A stretch of 64,000 nt of DNA from an uncultured Candidatus Saccharibacteria bacterium (GCA_964409035.1 CAYPBQ010000003.1:105530-169529); one strand, 5' to 3'. Numbered from the stretch's first letter, positions 10,498 to 20,792 are shown. Notes: generated by a model not told the origin, from the letters alone. Numbers and translations are program-made.

Positions 10498-12024
10498 CTA
10501 TAAGTCAACCGTTCGTTTGGTGATTTCAAATCCTTTAGGAGTATCAACCATCTCGTAGCCCAAATCGTGTATTTGCTTCCTAAGGGCATCTGCCTCTTCC
10601 CAGTTTTTATTTTCTCGTGCTTGTTCACGTCTTTGTGCAAGCTCTTTAACCTCAGGATTCATGTCTGCTAGCGGGACTACATTAATCGAAAGCATTTCTT
10701 TGATCTTCTTTTTGCTCTGATTAAGTCCAAGGCATAGCACTTTATCCATCTCAAGGAGGGTTGCTCGCTTATCCTTTTTCTCTAGGGTGGTGTCCTTCAC
10801 CATGTCCCACATAATGGCAATAGCCTTAGGGGTATCAAGATCGTCATTGATGGCAACAAGAAATTTGTCCCAGTACGCAGCTAGTGGTTGTCCAGTACGC
10901 TCAGGAAGTTCTTCTACAAAATGGCGTTGCAGCTTGAAAAGTGCCTTTTGCGATGCCTCGAGCGCTTCCCATGTGAAGTTTACTTGTGTGCGATAGTGGC
11001 TAGTAAGGAGAAGGTATCGGTATGCAAGTGGTGAAAATTGCCTCGCAACAATTTGATCGAGGCGAATACTATTTCCAAGTGACTTGGAAATCTTTTTCCC
11101 TTCGATTTTCATAAAATCATTATGCATCCAATACCGCACGTACTTTTTTCCTGAAACACTCTCTGCTTGTGCGATTTCGTTATTGTGATGCACGGCGATA
11201 TGGTCTATGCCGCCAGTGTGTATATCAATTTGTTTTCCAAGGGTGGCAAATATCATTGCGGTGCACTCTACGTGCCATCCTGGAAAGCCCTTTCCCCACG
11301 GAGAATCCCAACCCATGTCAGGGTTCTTTTTCCATAGAGCAAAGTCAGTGGGACTGTGCTTTTCTGTATTTACTTCTAAACGTGTGCCTTCCTTTTGTTC
11401 ATCAATTTTAATGTTACCGAGACGGCCGTATGTGGGGAAGCGTGCCGTATCAAAATAGAGCCCATCTGATGTTTCGTATGCATATCCCTTCTCCTCAAGA
11501 GTTTTGTTTATTGCAATCATGCCGTCAACATGTTCGCTAGCACGTGGAAATCGAATACCCTTTGTATTGATGTGTATAGCCTCAAGGTCTTTGAAAAACG
11601 CATGCATATAATCAGTAGCCAGCGTAAGCATGTTTTCAACTGATATTTCCTTTTCAGCATTTTTAAGTGCTTGCATCATTTTGTCCTCACCACTATCAGC
11701 GTCTGAAGTGAGGTGTCCAAAGTCGGTAATATTGATTACATGGTCTACTGTGTAGCCATTTGCTGTTAGTACACGCCTAAGGGTGTCTGAAAATACATAA
11801 GAGCGAATATTACCTATGTGCACGTAGTCGTAGACGGTGGGGCCGCATGAGTATAGAGATACCTTATTAGGGATCCTTGGCTCAAATATGTCCTTTTTTC
11901 CTGTCTCTGTATTGTAAAGATATACAGGAGGCTTTTGCACCTCCTCTACCACTTCTTTCTTTTTAAAAAATGTACCTAGCATGTCAGTAATGTTACAGCC
12001 ACTTTTTATACCAGAAAAATACAA
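10498..12024 (-). CDS. cysS: cysteine--tRNA ligase
   Basis: HIGNIRSY (HIGH), KISKSLGN (KMSKS), class I fold; the start is more likely Met at 11982, which avoids overlap with corA. Confidence 0.9.
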   Translation of the reverse strand: MYFSGIKSGCNITDMLGTFFKKKEVVEEVQKPPVYLYNTETGKKDIFEPRIPNKVSLYSCGPTVYDYVHIGNIRSYVFSDTLRRVLTANGYTVDHVINITDFGHLTSDADSGEDKMMQALKNAEKEISVENMLTLATDYMHAFFKDLEAIHINTKGIRFPRASEHVDGMIAINKTLEEKGYAYETSDGLYFDTARFPTYGRLGNIKIDEQKEGTRLEVNTEKHSPTDFALWKKNPDMGWDSPWGKGFPGWHVECTAMIFATLGKQIDIHTGGIDHIAVHHNNEIAQAESVSGKKYVRYWMHNDFMKIEGKKISKSLGNSIRLDQIVARQFSPLAYRYLLLTSHYRTQVNFTWEALEASQKALFKLQRHFVEELPERTGQPLAAYWDKFLVAINDDLDTPKAIAIMWDMVKDTTLEKKDKRATLLEMDKVLCLGLNQSKKKIKEMLSINVVPLADMNPEVKELAQRREQARENKNWEEADALRKQIHDLGYEMVDTPKGFEITKRTVDL

Positions 12025-12910
12025 AAAATGAAGCAGACAAGACTGCCATGCCGCTAATGATTATCCAAAAGTCGTGTGGACTTCCTACTATTGGAAGTGA
12101 TTCTGTGTTCATTCCAAAGGTACTGGTGATAAGAGAAAGAGGGAAGGTAACAAATGCCATAATAGTGAGTACCTTCATTATTTCATTTTGCTTGGTGGTA
12201 AGAAGGGAATTATTGGTATCTCGAAGCTCTTTAAGCCATTCGCTGTGAGTTTCTATGTGTCTAAATATTCTATAGTAGTCATTAAGTATGATGTCTATAG
12301 GACGAGAAAAATCCTGCCCAAAAAATGCGTTACTAACGTCCTTAAGTGATGCGAGTATATCTCGATGGGTGGCAAGTGATTGTCTGAGGTTGAGTAAGTT
12401 TCTACCTACTACAGAGAGTTCTACCACCATCTCCTTTTCGTTGCCTGAAAATATATTTTCTTCAATTCGTTCAATGTCATCTCGTATACTTGAGAGCTCG
12501 TGTTCTATTGATTTGTACATCTTTCTTACAATTGTAAAAAAGATGTACCCCGCGTGTTCGCTTGTAGTACCCTTTTCTAATATAGAACCAACTTCAAATA
12601 CTTTTGAAAACTTATGCAAAGGGTCAATCGTCTCGTAGCGATTGGTGATGATAAAGTCTTTACCGATTACAAAATCAATTTCCTGGTCGTCGTTGTTATA
12701 GGTGTGGGTATGCTTTAGTGCAGGAAAATGTAGCACCAAGTAAAGGTAATTTTCTCTACTCTCTACAAACGGCCGTCTAGTCGGAGAGAGGAGATCATTT
12801 GCGGTGTCGGGATGTAGGGAGAACTCACTCATTAAAGAGCGGACCTCATCCTCCTTTGGAGACTCTACATCAATCCATTGTAGTGACCCGTACGCGTGTT
12901 TGGTAATCAT
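11993..12910 (-). CDS. corA: CorA family Mg2+/Co2+ transporter
   Basis: C-terminal two TM segments with the FGMN (GMN) motif; start placed at the internal Met (about 305 aa). Confidence 0.8.
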   Translation of the reverse strand: MITKHAYGSLQWIDVESPKEDEVRSLMSEFSLHPDTANDLLSPTRRPFVESRENYLYLVLHFPALKHTHTYNNDDQEIDFVIGKDFIITNRYETIDPLHKFSKVFEVGSILEKGTTSEHAGYIFFTIVRKMYKSIEHELSSIRDDIERIEENIFSGNEKEMVVELSVVGRNLLNLRQSLATHRDILASLKDVSNAFFGQDFSRPIDIILNDYYRIFRHIETHSEWLKELRDTNNSLLTTKQNEIMKVLTIMAFVTFPLSLITSTFGMNTESLPIVGSPHDFWIIISGMAVLSASFFVFFWYKKWL

Positions 12911-13004
12911 TGATATAAGTATAGCTAATACGTCTTTAAAAACAAAGAATATACGCATCACTTGCGTTGACGTGGTGTAACAATTTTGGGATACTAACCA
13001 CATT

Positions 13005-14282
13005 ATGGAACCAGAACATACCCCAATGGATAAGTCTTCGAAAGCCTCAATTATCACTAAATTTGCAGAAGGAGGGGTAGCCTTTCTCCTTGTTGTTACT
13101 GTTGCGTTTGGCGCTGGATTTTTACTTGGAGGAAAGCAGACAACTACTAATGCAGAGGTGATTTACTCATTTTGGGGAGATCTTAACGAGGTGCAACCAG
13201 AGGGTGTTGACTTCGGTCCATTTTTTAAGGCATGGAATTTGCTAAAGGATAAGTACGTACCTTCTACCGCCTCTAGTACACAAGCTATTTCTGATGAAGA
13301 CCTTATGTGGGGAGCCATTCAAGGACTTACCGCAAGTTATGGGGACCCTTACACTGCGTTTCTTCCTCCTGTAGAAAATAAGCTTTTTGAAGAGGACATA
13401 CAAGGATCATTTGGTGGTGTAGGCATGGAGATTGGTATTCGTGAAGAAGTGCTCACGGTAATTTCTCCACTCAAGGATTCTCCAGCTGAAAAGGCAGGCC
13501 TGCGACCTGGGGACAAAATTATTGCAATTAATGGAGTATCTACACAAGGTATTACTATTGAGAAGGGTGTACTAAGCATCCGAGGCGAAGTAGGAACTAC
13601 CGTAGTGCTTACCATTATTAGAGATGGTGGAGCTCCACAAGAAATTTCGGTGGTTCGCGGTACCATCAATATTCCTACCCTTAAAACACAAATGCGTAGT
13701 GATGGAATTTTTGAAATTTCTCTCTATAGCTTTGGCGCTACATCACCTGAGTTGTTTAGAAATGCCATGAGGACATTTACCGAAAGCGGTAGCAATAAGC
13801 TCTTGCTTGATCTAAGAGGTAATCCAGGGGGTTATCTTGAAGCAGCAGTTGATATGGCAAGTTGGTTCCTCCCTGTTGGAGAGGTGGTGGTACAAGAGCA
13901 TTTTGGTGATGGTTCGGTGCCTCGCATGTATAGATCTAAGGGATATGATGTGGTTGGTGATGATCTTCAAATGGTTATACTGGTTGATCAAGGATCGGCA
14001 TCAGCATCTGAAATACTTGCCGGCGCGCTCAAGGAGCATGGTGTTGCAACTCTTATTGGAGAAAAGACCTTCGGAAAGGGATCAGTACAAGAGCTTATTT
14101 CAGTTACAGATAGCACTTCAATAAAAATTACTGTTGCTCGTTGGCTCACGCCGCTTGGACACTCAATCTCAGAGAGCGGTCTTACCCCTGATTATATTGA
14201 GACTATTACACCAGAGAGTCTAAAAGAGGGCAGAGACCTCCAGAAAGAGCGCGCGGTGAAGTTTCTTCTACAGGGCTTCTAA
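13005..14282 (+). CDS. ctpA: carboxyl-terminal processing protease (peptidase S41) with PDZ domain
   Basis: N-terminal TM, PDZ segment (GVGMEIG...GLRPGDKIIAINGVS), S41 catalytic region DQGSASASEILAGAL...GKGSVQ. Confidence 0.85.
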   Translation: MEPEHTPMDKSSKASIITKFAEGGVAFLLVVTVAFGAGFLLGGKQTTTNAEVIYSFWGDLNEVQPEGVDFGPFFKAWNLLKDKYVPSTASSTQAISDEDLMWGAIQGLTASYGDPYTAFLPPVENKLFEEDIQGSFGGVGMEIGIREEVLTVISPLKDSPAEKAGLRPGDKIIAINGVSTQGITIEKGVLSIRGEVGTTVVLTIIRDGGAPQEISVVRGTINIPTLKTQMRSDGIFEISLYSFGATSPELFRNAMRTFTESGSNKLLLDLRGNPGGYLEAAVDMASWFLPVGEVVVQEHFGDGSVPRMYRSKGYDVVGDDLQMVILVDQGSASASEILAGALKEHGVATLIGEKTFGKGSVQELISVTDSTSIKITVARWLTPLGHSISESGLTPDYIETITPESLKEGRDLQKERAVKFLLQGF

Positions 14283-14319
14283 TACTCGGTAGCACATTAT
14301 TTGTACTCTACACACTGTT

Positions 14320-14763
14320 ATGAAAGTTATTCTACTTAGAGACATCCCAAAGATCGGAAAGAAGTATGAAGTAAAAGAGGTGAGCGAAGGCTATGCGCAA
14401 AACTTTCTTTTCCCAAAAAAGTACGCTGAAGTTGCAACACAAAGTAAGGTTGCTAAACTCGAGGAGCAAAGGATTGCCTCTACTGCAACACAAAAGCTTC
14501 AGCATGAGTTGTTTGTAAAGACAATAACATCACTGGATGGGCTAACGCTTGCTATGCATGCAAAAGTAAATGACAAAGGTCATCTTTATGAGGGATTACA
14601 CAAGGAGGCTATTATAGCTGCTCTGCTAGAGCAAAACGGTGTACGCCTTAGCCCGGATCATATTGCGCTCTCACAACCTCTAAAGACTGTAGGGGACCAT
14701 GCGATAGTGGTGGGTACAAAAGAAGTGTCAGCAACAATTACAGTTGCTATACAAGCACACTAA
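14320..14763 (+). CDS. rplI: 50S ribosomal protein L9
   Basis: MKVILLRDIPKIGKKYEVKEVSEGYAQNFLFPKK. Confidence 0.8.
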   Translation: MKVILLRDIPKIGKKYEVKEVSEGYAQNFLFPKKYAEVATQSKVAKLEEQRIASTATQKLQHELFVKTITSLDGLTLAMHAKVNDKGHLYEGLHKEAIIAALLEQNGVRLSPDHIALSQPLKTVGDHAIVVGTKEVSATITVAIQAH

Positions 14764-14795
14764 AATAGGTTGATTACATACCACCATCAAAAACT

Positions 14796-14822
14796 AAAAA
14801 CCACCCTGTTGGGGTGGTTTTT
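14796..14822. terminator. bidirectional terminator between rplI and rpmA (aaaaaccaccc-tgtt-gggtggttttt)
   Basis: Symmetric hairpin flanked by A and T runs. Confidence 0.5.
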
Positions 14823-14842
14823 AGTTTTTACATTTAAGAGGA

Positions 14843-15115
14843 CTATGTGACGTTTATTACCTTCTTTACCTGGGTCTTTCCGTTAAAGGATGTTTTTCTG
14901 CGTGAGGTAATACTCACTACACCTTCTTTGGTAGCAAATAGCGTATGGTCTTTACCCATAGAAACATTTTTACCAGCTTCCATTCTAGAACCACGTTGGC
15001 GAAGGAGTATTGCTCCTGGCCATGCCTTCTCACCAGAATACTTCTTTACACCAAGGTATTTTGGGTTTGAATCTCTTAGGTTTTTTGCGGTTCCGCCTGC
15101 TTTTCTATGTGCCAT
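14843..15115 (-). CDS. rpmA: 50S ribosomal protein L27
   Basis: [29 protein letters not shown]...GKDHTLFA. Confidence 0.85.
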   Translation of the reverse strand: MAHRKAGGTAKNLRDSNPKYLGVKKYSGEKAWPGAILLRQRGSRMEAGKNVSMGKDHTLFATKEGVVSITSRRKTSFNGKTQVKKVINVT

Positions 15116-15153
15116 GGTGGTTTAATGTGCCTAAAATACTATATAATTGAAGT

Positions 15154-15513
15154 ATGAGAACTATACCAGAAATGGTAAAAATGGGCAAGCAAGCCATTAA
15201 TCAGGCATTAAAGGGTACTACACTTACCTTTATACTAGTGGCGCTTGTGGGGGTAGCGTCATTTGGGCTTGGAAGGCTATCTATGATAGATAGATCGCAT
15301 GTTATTTCACTTCAGAGTGCTCCACTTCGTGATGGGCAGCTTGCGCTAGTAATGGGAGGCAAATTTGTCGCGTCTAAAAAAGGCTCAGCATACTACTTTC
15401 CGTGGTGTGTAGGGGCAGAGCGAATTAATGCTTCAAATATGGTATGGTTTACATCAAGAGAAGATGCAGAGAAAGCAGGGTATGTGCCTGCAAAAAATTG
15501 CAGTGGACTATAA
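15154..15513 (+). CDS. membrane-anchored protein with a C-terminal Ada-like (Cys-poor) metal-binding-fold domain
   Basis: N-terminal TM; C-terminal YYFPWCVGAERINASNMVWFTSREDAEKAGYVPAKNC parallels the Ada Zn-binding domain pattern (P.C....N.V.F.S..A..AGY.P.K.C) but with only 2 Cys. Confidence 0.5.
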   Translation: MRTIPEMVKMGKQAINQALKGTTLTFILVALVGVASFGLGRLSMIDRSHVISLQSAPLRDGQLALVMGGKFVASKKGSAYYFPWCVGAERINASNMVWFTSREDAEKAGYVPAKNCSGL

Positions 15514-15534
15514 GAAAGTAATACATACGACACC

Positions 15535-16125
15535 ATGATAGTACTTGATATTGAGGCAAGCGGAACAGAATATGATGTACACTCTATTGTATCGTTAGGA
15601 GCACTTGAACTTACTAACCCTACTAATCGTTTTTACCTCGAGTGTCGTGTGTGGGAAGGTGCAGATATCATGGAAGAAGCCTTAGCGGTTAATGGATTTA
15701 CTGTTGACCAGATTACTGATATTACAAAACCGACTGAAGAGGAATTGCTACGAGCATTTCTCGCATGGGCGGAACCAATTCGTGACAAAACTCTAGCGGG
15801 ACAAAATGTCTCATTTGATAGAGATTATATTAAGGCAGCGTGTAAGCGAGCAGGTGTTAACTTTCCTTTTGCGTATAGAACTATAGACACGCACACACTT
15901 GCCTACATGCACATGGTTACGCGTGGGGTTACTCCGCCATTTGATGAGGCAAAGCATAGAACAGCGCTCAATTTAGATGCGGTACTAAATTATGTTGGTA
16001 TTGCCGATGAACCAGAGCCTCACAATGCTCTTACAGGAGCGTTATCGCATGCTGAGGTTATCTCAAGACTTTTGTATGGAAAGAAACTTCTCCCGGAGTT
16101 TTCGGGTGACGAGATTCCATTTTAG
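15535..16125 (+). CDS. DEDDh 3'-5' exonuclease (DnaQ-like / RNase T-like)
   Basis: VLDIEASG exo I motif, later H-x4-D-like TIDTHTLAYMH; 196 aa. Confidence 0.7.
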   Translation: MIVLDIEASGTEYDVHSIVSLGALELTNPTNRFYLECRVWEGADIMEEALAVNGFTVDQITDITKPTEEELLRAFLAWAEPIRDKTLAGQNVSFDRDYIKAACKRAGVNFPFAYRTIDTHTLAYMHMVTRGVTPPFDEAKHRTALNLDAVLNYVGIADEPEPHNALTGALSHAEVISRLLYGKKLLPEFSGDEIPF

Positions 16126-16134
16126 CATTACGCC

Positions 16135-17529
16135 ATGAGTGACCATCCTACGGTGATTGTTGTATTGGGAGGTACGGGAGACCTTGCAAAAACCAAGCTC
16201 ATACCCGCACTCTTTGATCTATACATGGCAGGATGCCTGCCTGATGATTTTGTTATTATTGGCGTCTCAAGAAAAACTTTTTCTCATGATGAGTATGCGC
16301 ATATTGTGAGTGAGTCGATTAGAAAGAGGGAAGGAGTACGTGATGCGCTGCCTGAGTTTCTTTCGCATCTTCAATTTCTTCACGGGGCGCTTGATGAAGG
16401 TGCTGATTACGAAACCCTCTCAAAAGAATTACACCGTTTAGATAGTATGCGAGGGGTATGCATGAACAAACTCTTCTATTTGGCCACGCAACCTAATTTG
16501 TACGCGCCAATTTTTCAAAATCTTGCGCATTCGGGACTTTCAATTGGATGCGTTCACCCTCATGAGGGGTGGGTTCGTATTGTGGTCGAAAAACCATTTG
16601 GCAATGATCTAACTACTGCAATACAGCTTGATGAGACACTTGGATTACTTTTTAAGGAAGAGCAGATTTTTAGAATGGATCATTACCTTGCAAAGGAATC
16701 ACTCGAGAATATTCTTGCATTTCGGTTTGGTAATAGCTTGTTTGAGCCTTTGTGGAGCAATGAACATATAGCGCGAATCGAAGTTAAATTGTTTGAATCA
16801 AAAGGAATTGAAGGGAGAGAATCCTTCTTTGAAGGGGTAGGGCAACTTAAGGACGTTGGACAAAATCATGTATTGCAAATGCTTGCGGTCACCTTGATGG
16901 ATGATCCTAAGGCACTTACCGCATCTGCAGTAAGGAGTGCTCGCGCAAATGTGTTAGGTTCGCTTACCCATTCAGCGGACACACTCTTGGTAAAGGGGCA
17001 ATATAGGGGATACAAAGGTAGCGCGCCAGAGGTGTTACCATCAACAGATACGTATTTTAAAATACAAGCAGAAGTTGAATCACCACGCTGGAGAGGTGTG
17101 CCAATTATCTTAGAGTCTGGCAAGGCGCTTGATAGAGATGAGGTGTCAGTTGAAGTGGTGTTTAAGGAGAAAGACACATTTCTTATTGATACATCTGACA
17201 CCACGTATGTTCAAAACAAAGTTATTTTTAGGATACAACCTAATCCAGCAATTATTGTACGATTTTGGACTAAAAAGCCCGGTTATGTGATGAATATAGA
17301 ATCACAAGATGCGGTATTTCCTATTTTGCAGCAGCCAACCCCACGTCTTAGAGATGCGTATGAAAAAATTTTATTGGATGCATTAATGGGCGATCAGATG
17401 CTATTTGCCTCAAGTAAGGAGGTGCAAGACGCGTGGTCGTTTATAACTCCAATACTTGAAAGGTGGAAGGATGTGACCCCCATTATGTATGAGCGCGGTG
17501 CAACCCCTGATAGTATTTCTCTGCCATGA
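16135..17529 (+). CDS. zwf: glucose-6-phosphate 1-dehydrogenase
   Basis: VIVVLGGTGDLAKTKLIPAL NADP site and RMDHYLAKESLENILAFRFGN signature. Confidence 0.85.
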   Translation: MSDHPTVIVVLGGTGDLAKTKLIPALFDLYMAGCLPDDFVIIGVSRKTFSHDEYAHIVSESIRKREGVRDALPEFLSHLQFLHGALDEGADYETLSKELHRLDSMRGVCMNKLFYLATQPNLYAPIFQNLAHSGLSIGCVHPHEGWVRIVVEKPFGNDLTTAIQLDETLGLLFKEEQIFRMDHYLAKESLENILAFRFGNSLFEPLWSNEHIARIEVKLFESKGIEGRESFFEGVGQLKDVGQNHVLQMLAVTLMDDPKALTASAVRSARANVLGSLTHSADTLLVKGQYRGYKGSAPEVLPSTDTYFKIQAEVESPRWRGVPIILESGKALDRDEVSVEVVFKEKDTFLIDTSDTTYVQNKVIFRIQPNPAIIVRFWTKKPGYVMNIESQDAVFPILQQPTPRLRDAYEKILLDALMGDQMLFASSKEVQDAWSFITPILERWKDVTPIMYERGATPDSISLP

Positions 17530-18233
17530 AGATAGTATCTCATCATGATGGTGAGACATTGGCTAAGGAAGCCGCACGTCTACTAGAAGAGAGTATACAT
17601 GCTCACAGTGGTGATGGAGTGCTTGTATTACTTTCGGGCGGCTCTGCACTATCGGTTATTGAGTATCTATCGCCAGATATATTTACAAATGGGTGCACCG
17701 TATCCGTTGTTGATGAGCGATATACTGAAGAAAAGGATCATGTAAATTTTTACAATGCATCAGTGCGACTGCATGAAAAGAGTATAACGGTATCAAATGC
17801 AATAGACACATCATGTATTGCCGGCGAATCATTTGATGAGTACGTGAAGAGGATTAATGCTGCTCATAGAGAGTGGAGACAGGCTCATCCTAACGCAAGG
17901 ATAGTAGGTCTCTTTGGTATAGGTGAAGATGGGCATACTGCAGGTATCTTTCCTGCTACTGTGAATGAATTTAAACAATACGAGAGCATGGATGCCTTTG
18001 TGCCAGTGCCTTATGGCAATATGCACGCGCCGTATTGTCATAGAATAACCGCGTCATTACCATTTATACGCAGTATTAGTGAGGCGGTAGTGTATGTGGT
18101 TGGTGATAATAAGCGTAATGCAGTCAACAATTTTCTTTCGGATGAAGGTCATGTATCAAGTACGCCAGCACGGATACTAAGGGAGATACCACAGGTGACA
18201 TTATGTACAAGCGTAAACACCCTCATGATATAA
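17526..18233 (+). CDS. pgl: 6-phosphogluconolactonase
   Basis: LVLLSGGS...GIGEDGHTAGIFP pattern; translationally coupled (4-nt overlap) to zwf. Confidence 0.75.
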   Translation: MKIVSHHDGETLAKEAARLLEESIHAHSGDGVLVLLSGGSALSVIEYLSPDIFTNGCTVSVVDERYTEEKDHVNFYNASVRLHEKSITVSNAIDTSCIAGESFDEYVKRINAAHREWRQAHPNARIVGLFGIGEDGHTAGIFPATVNEFKQYESMDAFVPVPYGNMHAPYCHRITASLPFIRSISEAVVYVVGDNKRNAVNNFLSDEGHVSSTPARILREIPQVTLCTSVNTLMI

Positions 18234-18240
18234 TAATTTC

Positions 18241-18963
18241 ATGTCGTTTTTACGTAAAAAAACATTGGAAAAGTTTACCGAGAAAAAGCCTTCACAAGGA
18301 AGCGTTTGCAGAATAGATGACGAATTACTTACAGAAGGAGATACAGAAAAATCATGGAGAGTGTTCAAGATAATGGCTGAATTTGTTTCAGGATTTGAAG
18401 TGTTAAAGAAGTACGGACTTGCTGCAACGTTTTTTGGTACGGCTCGCTGTAAAGATGGTGATGTTGATTGTAAGATGGCACGTGACCTAGCCCACAGGTT
18501 AAGTGATGATGGATTTGCAATTATAACTGGTGGTGGAGGAGGTGTGATGAGCGCTGCTAATCGCGGCGCGTATGAGGCTGGAGGGCACTCTATTGGTCTT
18601 AATATTCATTTACCAGAGGAGCAGCGCATCAATTCGTATGTAACTGATAGCAGGAGCTTCCACTACTTTTTTATTCGAAAGGTGATGCTCTCATACGCAT
18701 CTGAGGTGTACATATTTATGCCAGGCGGATTTGGAACTCTCGATGAGTTCTTTGAAATTCTTACCCTTGTACAAACAAAAAAGATAACTACTATCCCAAT
18801 TATCTTAGTCGGAAAAAAGTATTGGACACCACTTATTACCTGGATGCAGGAAATGTTGTACGAGCAAAAAAAATATATCAACAAGGAAGATATCAATCTT
18901 TTCCATCTTGTTGATTCTGTTGATGAGGCGCATGAGCTTATTAGAACATTAGTGCCACACTAG
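18241..18963 (+). CDS. LOG family protein (TIGR00730 Rossmann-fold nucleotide 5'-monophosphate nucleosidase)
   Basis: ITGGGGGVMSAANRGA...PGGFGTLDEFFEILTLVQ signature of the LOG/YvdD family. Confidence 0.8.
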   Translation: MSFLRKKTLEKFTEKKPSQGSVCRIDDELLTEGDTEKSWRVFKIMAEFVSGFEVLKKYGLAATFFGTARCKDGDVDCKMARDLAHRLSDDGFAIITGGGGGVMSAANRGAYEAGGHSIGLNIHLPEEQRINSYVTDSRSFHYFFIRKVMLSYASEVYIFMPGGFGTLDEFFEILTLVQTKKITTIPIILVGKKYWTPLITWMQEMLYEQKKYINKEDINLFHLVDSVDEAHELIRTLVPH

Positions 18964-18966
18964 TTT

Positions 18967-19887
18967 ATGTCATATGCTGAGAAACTCGCCTCATTTACTG
19001 AGGATGCACTGCCGGATCTTACTGTCGTAACTCGTGGGGCGCTTGAGCTTTTTGAACAAGGTACCATACCATCAACTCAAGTAATTACGCCAAGCACTCT
19101 TGTGGTGGGAAGCGGAAACGCACTATCTGTGGGTCGTATTATTTCTCATGATAAAGCATTTTACGCAGACGAAACCAACTACAGAGAAGTATTTACAGAC
19201 AAGAAAGGAATGATCGATACCGTGATGCTTATATCCGCATCTGGAGGTAAGCACTCTGTTGAAATTGCAGAATTCTTTAAGGATAAGGGAATACCACTCT
19301 TTCTTTATACCAACAACGCAGCACCACTTGCGGGCGCGCATGTCCCTAAGGAAAACATCTTGGTATTTCCTAAGAATAGGGAACCATACACCTACAATGT
19401 GTCCACCTACCTTGGAATGATTTTGAGCGAAACCAAGGAGAATCCAAACGAAATTCAAAGTCATATTGACGCGGTGCTGCCATCCTTGCCTCAGAATTTT
19501 TCTTCGTACGACTCATTTTTCTTCTTGTTGCCACCTACATATAGGCTAGTTGGCCCTATGTTGTTGACCAAATTTGATGAATTATTTGGTTCACGCGTGA
19601 CGGCTCGAGCATTTACCATTGAGGAGGCAAAACACGCAAAGACTCTTGTACCAAATGAAAAAGAACTTTTTATTAGTATTGGAGTACCATACAACCCTTT
19701 TACAGATAGTGGGGTTGTGGTGCCTATGCCGCCAGAATCAGATTATGCTGCGTATATGTGCACCGCGTACGCAATTATTGGCATGATACAATCGCAACAT
19801 CCACCGTACTACACTGAGCACATAAAAGAGTATGTAAAAAAGTCTTCAGAAGCATTTGGACAGCATATATCTGTAATTGTTAGCTAA
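18967..19887 (+). CDS. SIS-domain sugar-phosphate isomerase-like protein (possible PGI/PMI-type)
   Basis: Two SIS-like segments (VVGSGNALSVGRI, MLISASGGKHSVE...FLYTNNAAPLA); operon context with zwf/pgl/glk. Confidence 0.5.
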   Translation: MSYAEKLASFTEDALPDLTVVTRGALELFEQGTIPSTQVITPSTLVVGSGNALSVGRIISHDKAFYADETNYREVFTDKKGMIDTVMLISASGGKHSVEIAEFFKDKGIPLFLYTNNAAPLAGAHVPKENILVFPKNREPYTYNVSTYLGMILSETKENPNEIQSHIDAVLPSLPQNFSSYDSFFFLLPPTYRLVGPMLLTKFDELFGSRVTARAFTIEEAKHAKTLVPNEKELFISIGVPYNPFTDSGVVVPMPPESDYAAYMCTAYAIIGMIQSQHPPYYTEHIKEYVKKSSEAFGQHISVIVS

Positions 19888-19889
19888 TT

Positions 19890-20792
19890 ATGTATTTGGT
19901 TTTTGATATTGGTGGTACCAAAATGCGCCTCGCGCTTTCGCGTGACCTTACTACATTTGTAAGTAGCCCGTACATAATTGATACCCCAACGTTGTATGCT
20001 GATGCGATACAAGCCATACAAACATTCCTTGTTAAAGAAGAAGAACATATATCTGGAGATGCAATACTCGCAGTAGCAGGAGGTATTGCAGGAACACTTG
20101 CGCCAGATAAGCTGTCGCTAATAGAAACTACAAATATAGGAATGGATTGGGTAGGTAAGCCGCTTGCAAATGATATTGCATCGATTGTTGGTATTGATGT
20201 GGCAAATGTATATCTTGAAAATGATTGCGCTATAGTTGGACTTGGCGAGCTTTATATTGGGGCAGGGAGTGGATACGCAAAGGAGAATAATACCATTGCA
20301 TATGTGACGGTATCTACAGGAGTTGGTGGAGCGCTTTTTACTGATGGAAGGATTAACGAGTCGATACCTTTTTTAATTAATCGGGTTACGCTTATGAGCG
20401 CCCATGAGATGTGTCCTGCTTGTGTGGCGGTTTCAGGAAGAGACGCCATTGATATTGAATCAATGATTTCAGGTACTGCGGTAGAAGCAAGAGAAAAGAA
20501 AAAGCCGTATGAAGTGCCGCAAGATGATTTGCTGTGGGACACCCTTGCGGGGTACCTCTCTCATGGGCTTGTTGAGATGGTTAGTGTATGGAATCCATCG
20601 ATTATCATCCTGGGCGGCTCTATGATGGTGGGTAACCCTAAAATTCTTATGGAGGACGTGGTGACGCACTTTAGTGCCCTATGTAATGAGCGCGGGCTAT
20701 CAACAACAGAACTATGCCTAGCTACACTAGATAGTCGTGGGGGGCTGTACGGTGGATTAGTCTACCTTGAGCAAAAAATACAGAAGGTGTAA
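19890..20792 (+). CDS. ROK family sugar kinase (glucokinase-like)
   Basis: N-terminal DIGGTKMR ATPase motif, ENDCAIVGLGE, Cys-rich zinc segment MCPACVAV; 300 aa. Confidence 0.7.
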   Translation: MYLVFDIGGTKMRLALSRDLTTFVSSPYIIDTPTLYADAIQAIQTFLVKEEEHISGDAILAVAGGIAGTLAPDKLSLIETTNIGMDWVGKPLANDIASIVGIDVANVYLENDCAIVGLGELYIGAGSGYAKENNTIAYVTVSTGVGGALFTDGRINESIPFLINRVTLMSAHEMCPACVAVSGRDAIDIESMISGTAVEAREKKKPYEVPQDDLLWDTLAGYLSHGLVEMVSVWNPSIIILGGSMMVGNPKILMEDVVTHFSALCNERGLSTTELCLATLDSRGGLYGGLVYLEQKIQKV

